DNA of 63,765 nucleotides, the filler included, from Folioceros fuciformis (taxonomy: Eukaryota): assembly GCA_049999805.1 (NCBI GenBank). It is 5 parts of 3 records of this genome, joined end to end, with 100 filler letters (N's around TTAATTAATTAA, not from the genome) between each part and the next. Parts side by side here need not be neighbours in the genome. Positions count along the whole stretch, not along the records: positions 62,409 to 63,765 come from JBNGIO010006343.1; 4 more parts are not named here. One strand, given 5' to 3'. The position numbers and the translations under genes are program-made. Below are positions 62,409 to 63,765 of the stretch, piece after piece (within the stretch, counting starts at the first letter, position 1; every line of letters starts with the position of its first letter). The notes under the pieces were generated by a model. The model searched no databases and was not told the DNA's origin. It saw only the letters and a program-made list of their open reading frames with translations.

Positions 62409-63765
62409 AGTGCTCCGGACTCGAATCAGCGCTAAGGTTCATTTAGTCTCCAACACTCCCCCTCGCTGTCGATCCGCGAGCTGACACTTATCCGTGTTGC
62501 GTTGGTGATGACTTCAGTCTTGGCGTGTGGTGGATGCTGCAGTTCATGAGTCACCTGATCATGTACGCAATGGAGCGAATCGACCGCATCCACCTGTCTG
62601 AAATGCGTGAGCCTGAGGATAGATGTAAGAGGAAGCCTTCTCGTGTGACTGGTGTTAAGCGGGCAGCGTGCATGGGTTACGACTCGGTCGACGTTTGATG
62701 CTCCCCCTGGAGCTTTAGTTGGGGCTCTGGCCTCCTGCGTCGTTTAGATAAGATTCCTTAGTGGTTAGACCTATTCCGCTCACGTGCTTCTGATGTAGTG
62801 CCTTGCTGAGCCCTTTTGTAAGTAAATCGGCTATGTTGTCTGCGCTGTTCACGTATTGTAGCAGAACCTGCCTGTTGGATACCACCTGTCTTATGAAATG
62901 GTGTTGTATCTCAACGTGTTTTGTTCTCGCGTGCAGGATAGGGTTGTGTGTCATCGCTATGGCCGACTGGTTGTCGCACAGCAGCTCCGTTGGCTCGTGT
63001 TGTTCTTCGTTGATGTCTAACAGGAATTGTCGAATCCAGAGGATTTCCTTCGCAGCGAGAGATGTGGCTGCGTACTCCGCCTCCGTGCTGGACAGACATA
63101 CGGTCTGCATCTTCTTGCAGCTCCATGACACAGTCGAGTTGTTTACCATCATACAATACGCGGCTGTGGATTTCCTGGCGTCCGGATCACCTGCCCAGTC
63201 CGCGTCAGAGTAAGATTTGAGCGTTAGCCTGGTGGAAATACCTTTGTATAGCAAGCCGAGGGATTTGGTTCCCTTCAGGTATCGGAAGATTCGTTTTACG
63301 TAGGTCCAGTGTGCTCTTCCTGGGTTAGACAAGTATCTCGAGGCTATGTTCACTGCCTGAGATATGTCTGGCCTCGCCCATATGGACAGGTAGAGTAAAC
63401 TTCCGACTGCCTCGCTGTAGGGTACTTGTTGCATTTCTCTAGTCTCCTCAGGTGTGCTCGGGCAGTCTTCCGCCGATGTTTTCTCTCCTGTGGCTATGGG
63501 TGTAGATACCGGTTTAACGTCCTTGAGCTTGAATATCTCAAGTAATTGATCGACGTAGTGTTGCTGATGCATGAAGAAGGAGCTATCTGCAGGGTTACTT
63601 TCAAACTGAACACCCAAAGCATAGCGCAAAGGGCCCATGTCAACAACGTCGCCAACTCCTTTGACAGCAGATCCTTCGCATACTGTACAGATGCTAAGCT
63701 ATCACCAAAGATGAAGTTGTCGTCCACGTACAAGGTAATGACGACTAACCTACCAGTTTCCTTGA
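62409..63765 (-). mobile_element. Copia RT/RNase H 3' end (ORF to 62715, frameshift near 63650), PPT 62464-62456, 3' LTR from 62455
   Basis: LYVDD, PYSEAVGSLLY, YSDADWAGD, SSTEAEY, RTKHVE; GAGGGGGAG then TGTTGG. Confidence 0.93.

Overview
Nuclear DNA of a non-seed land plant. Compact ~80-100 bp introns, GC-rich genes and SSR-rich promoters suggest a hornwort or other bryophyte, but this is inference. The window is five pieces joined by artificial 100-nt N-TTAATTAATTAA-N linkers (14475, 41775, 59386, 62309). Pieces 1-2 (1-41774) are gene-dense: a decayed VPS8 5' fragment, a divergent SKP1, two plastid PDH E1-alpha paralogs, RDR6, a cold-shock protein, ATP-phosphoribosyltransferase, an At3g49140-like gene, UVSSA, V-ATPase B, a U1 zinc-finger gene, two small unknown genes and a MIR166 hairpin in an SSR-rich locus. 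Piece 3 (41875-59385) holds a locally amplified cassette: an orphan helical-protein gene, a ~149-bp tandem array at its 5' end, and a head-to-head decayed WAK/LRK10L-like kinase. After the cassettes comes a CRE-like restriction-endonuclease non-LTR retrotransposon with a Myb/SANT-like 5' region, interrupted by a full-length Copia with TA...TA termini. Pieces 4-5 are Copia RT/RNase H fragments. Family calls are from recalled motifs; no database search was run.
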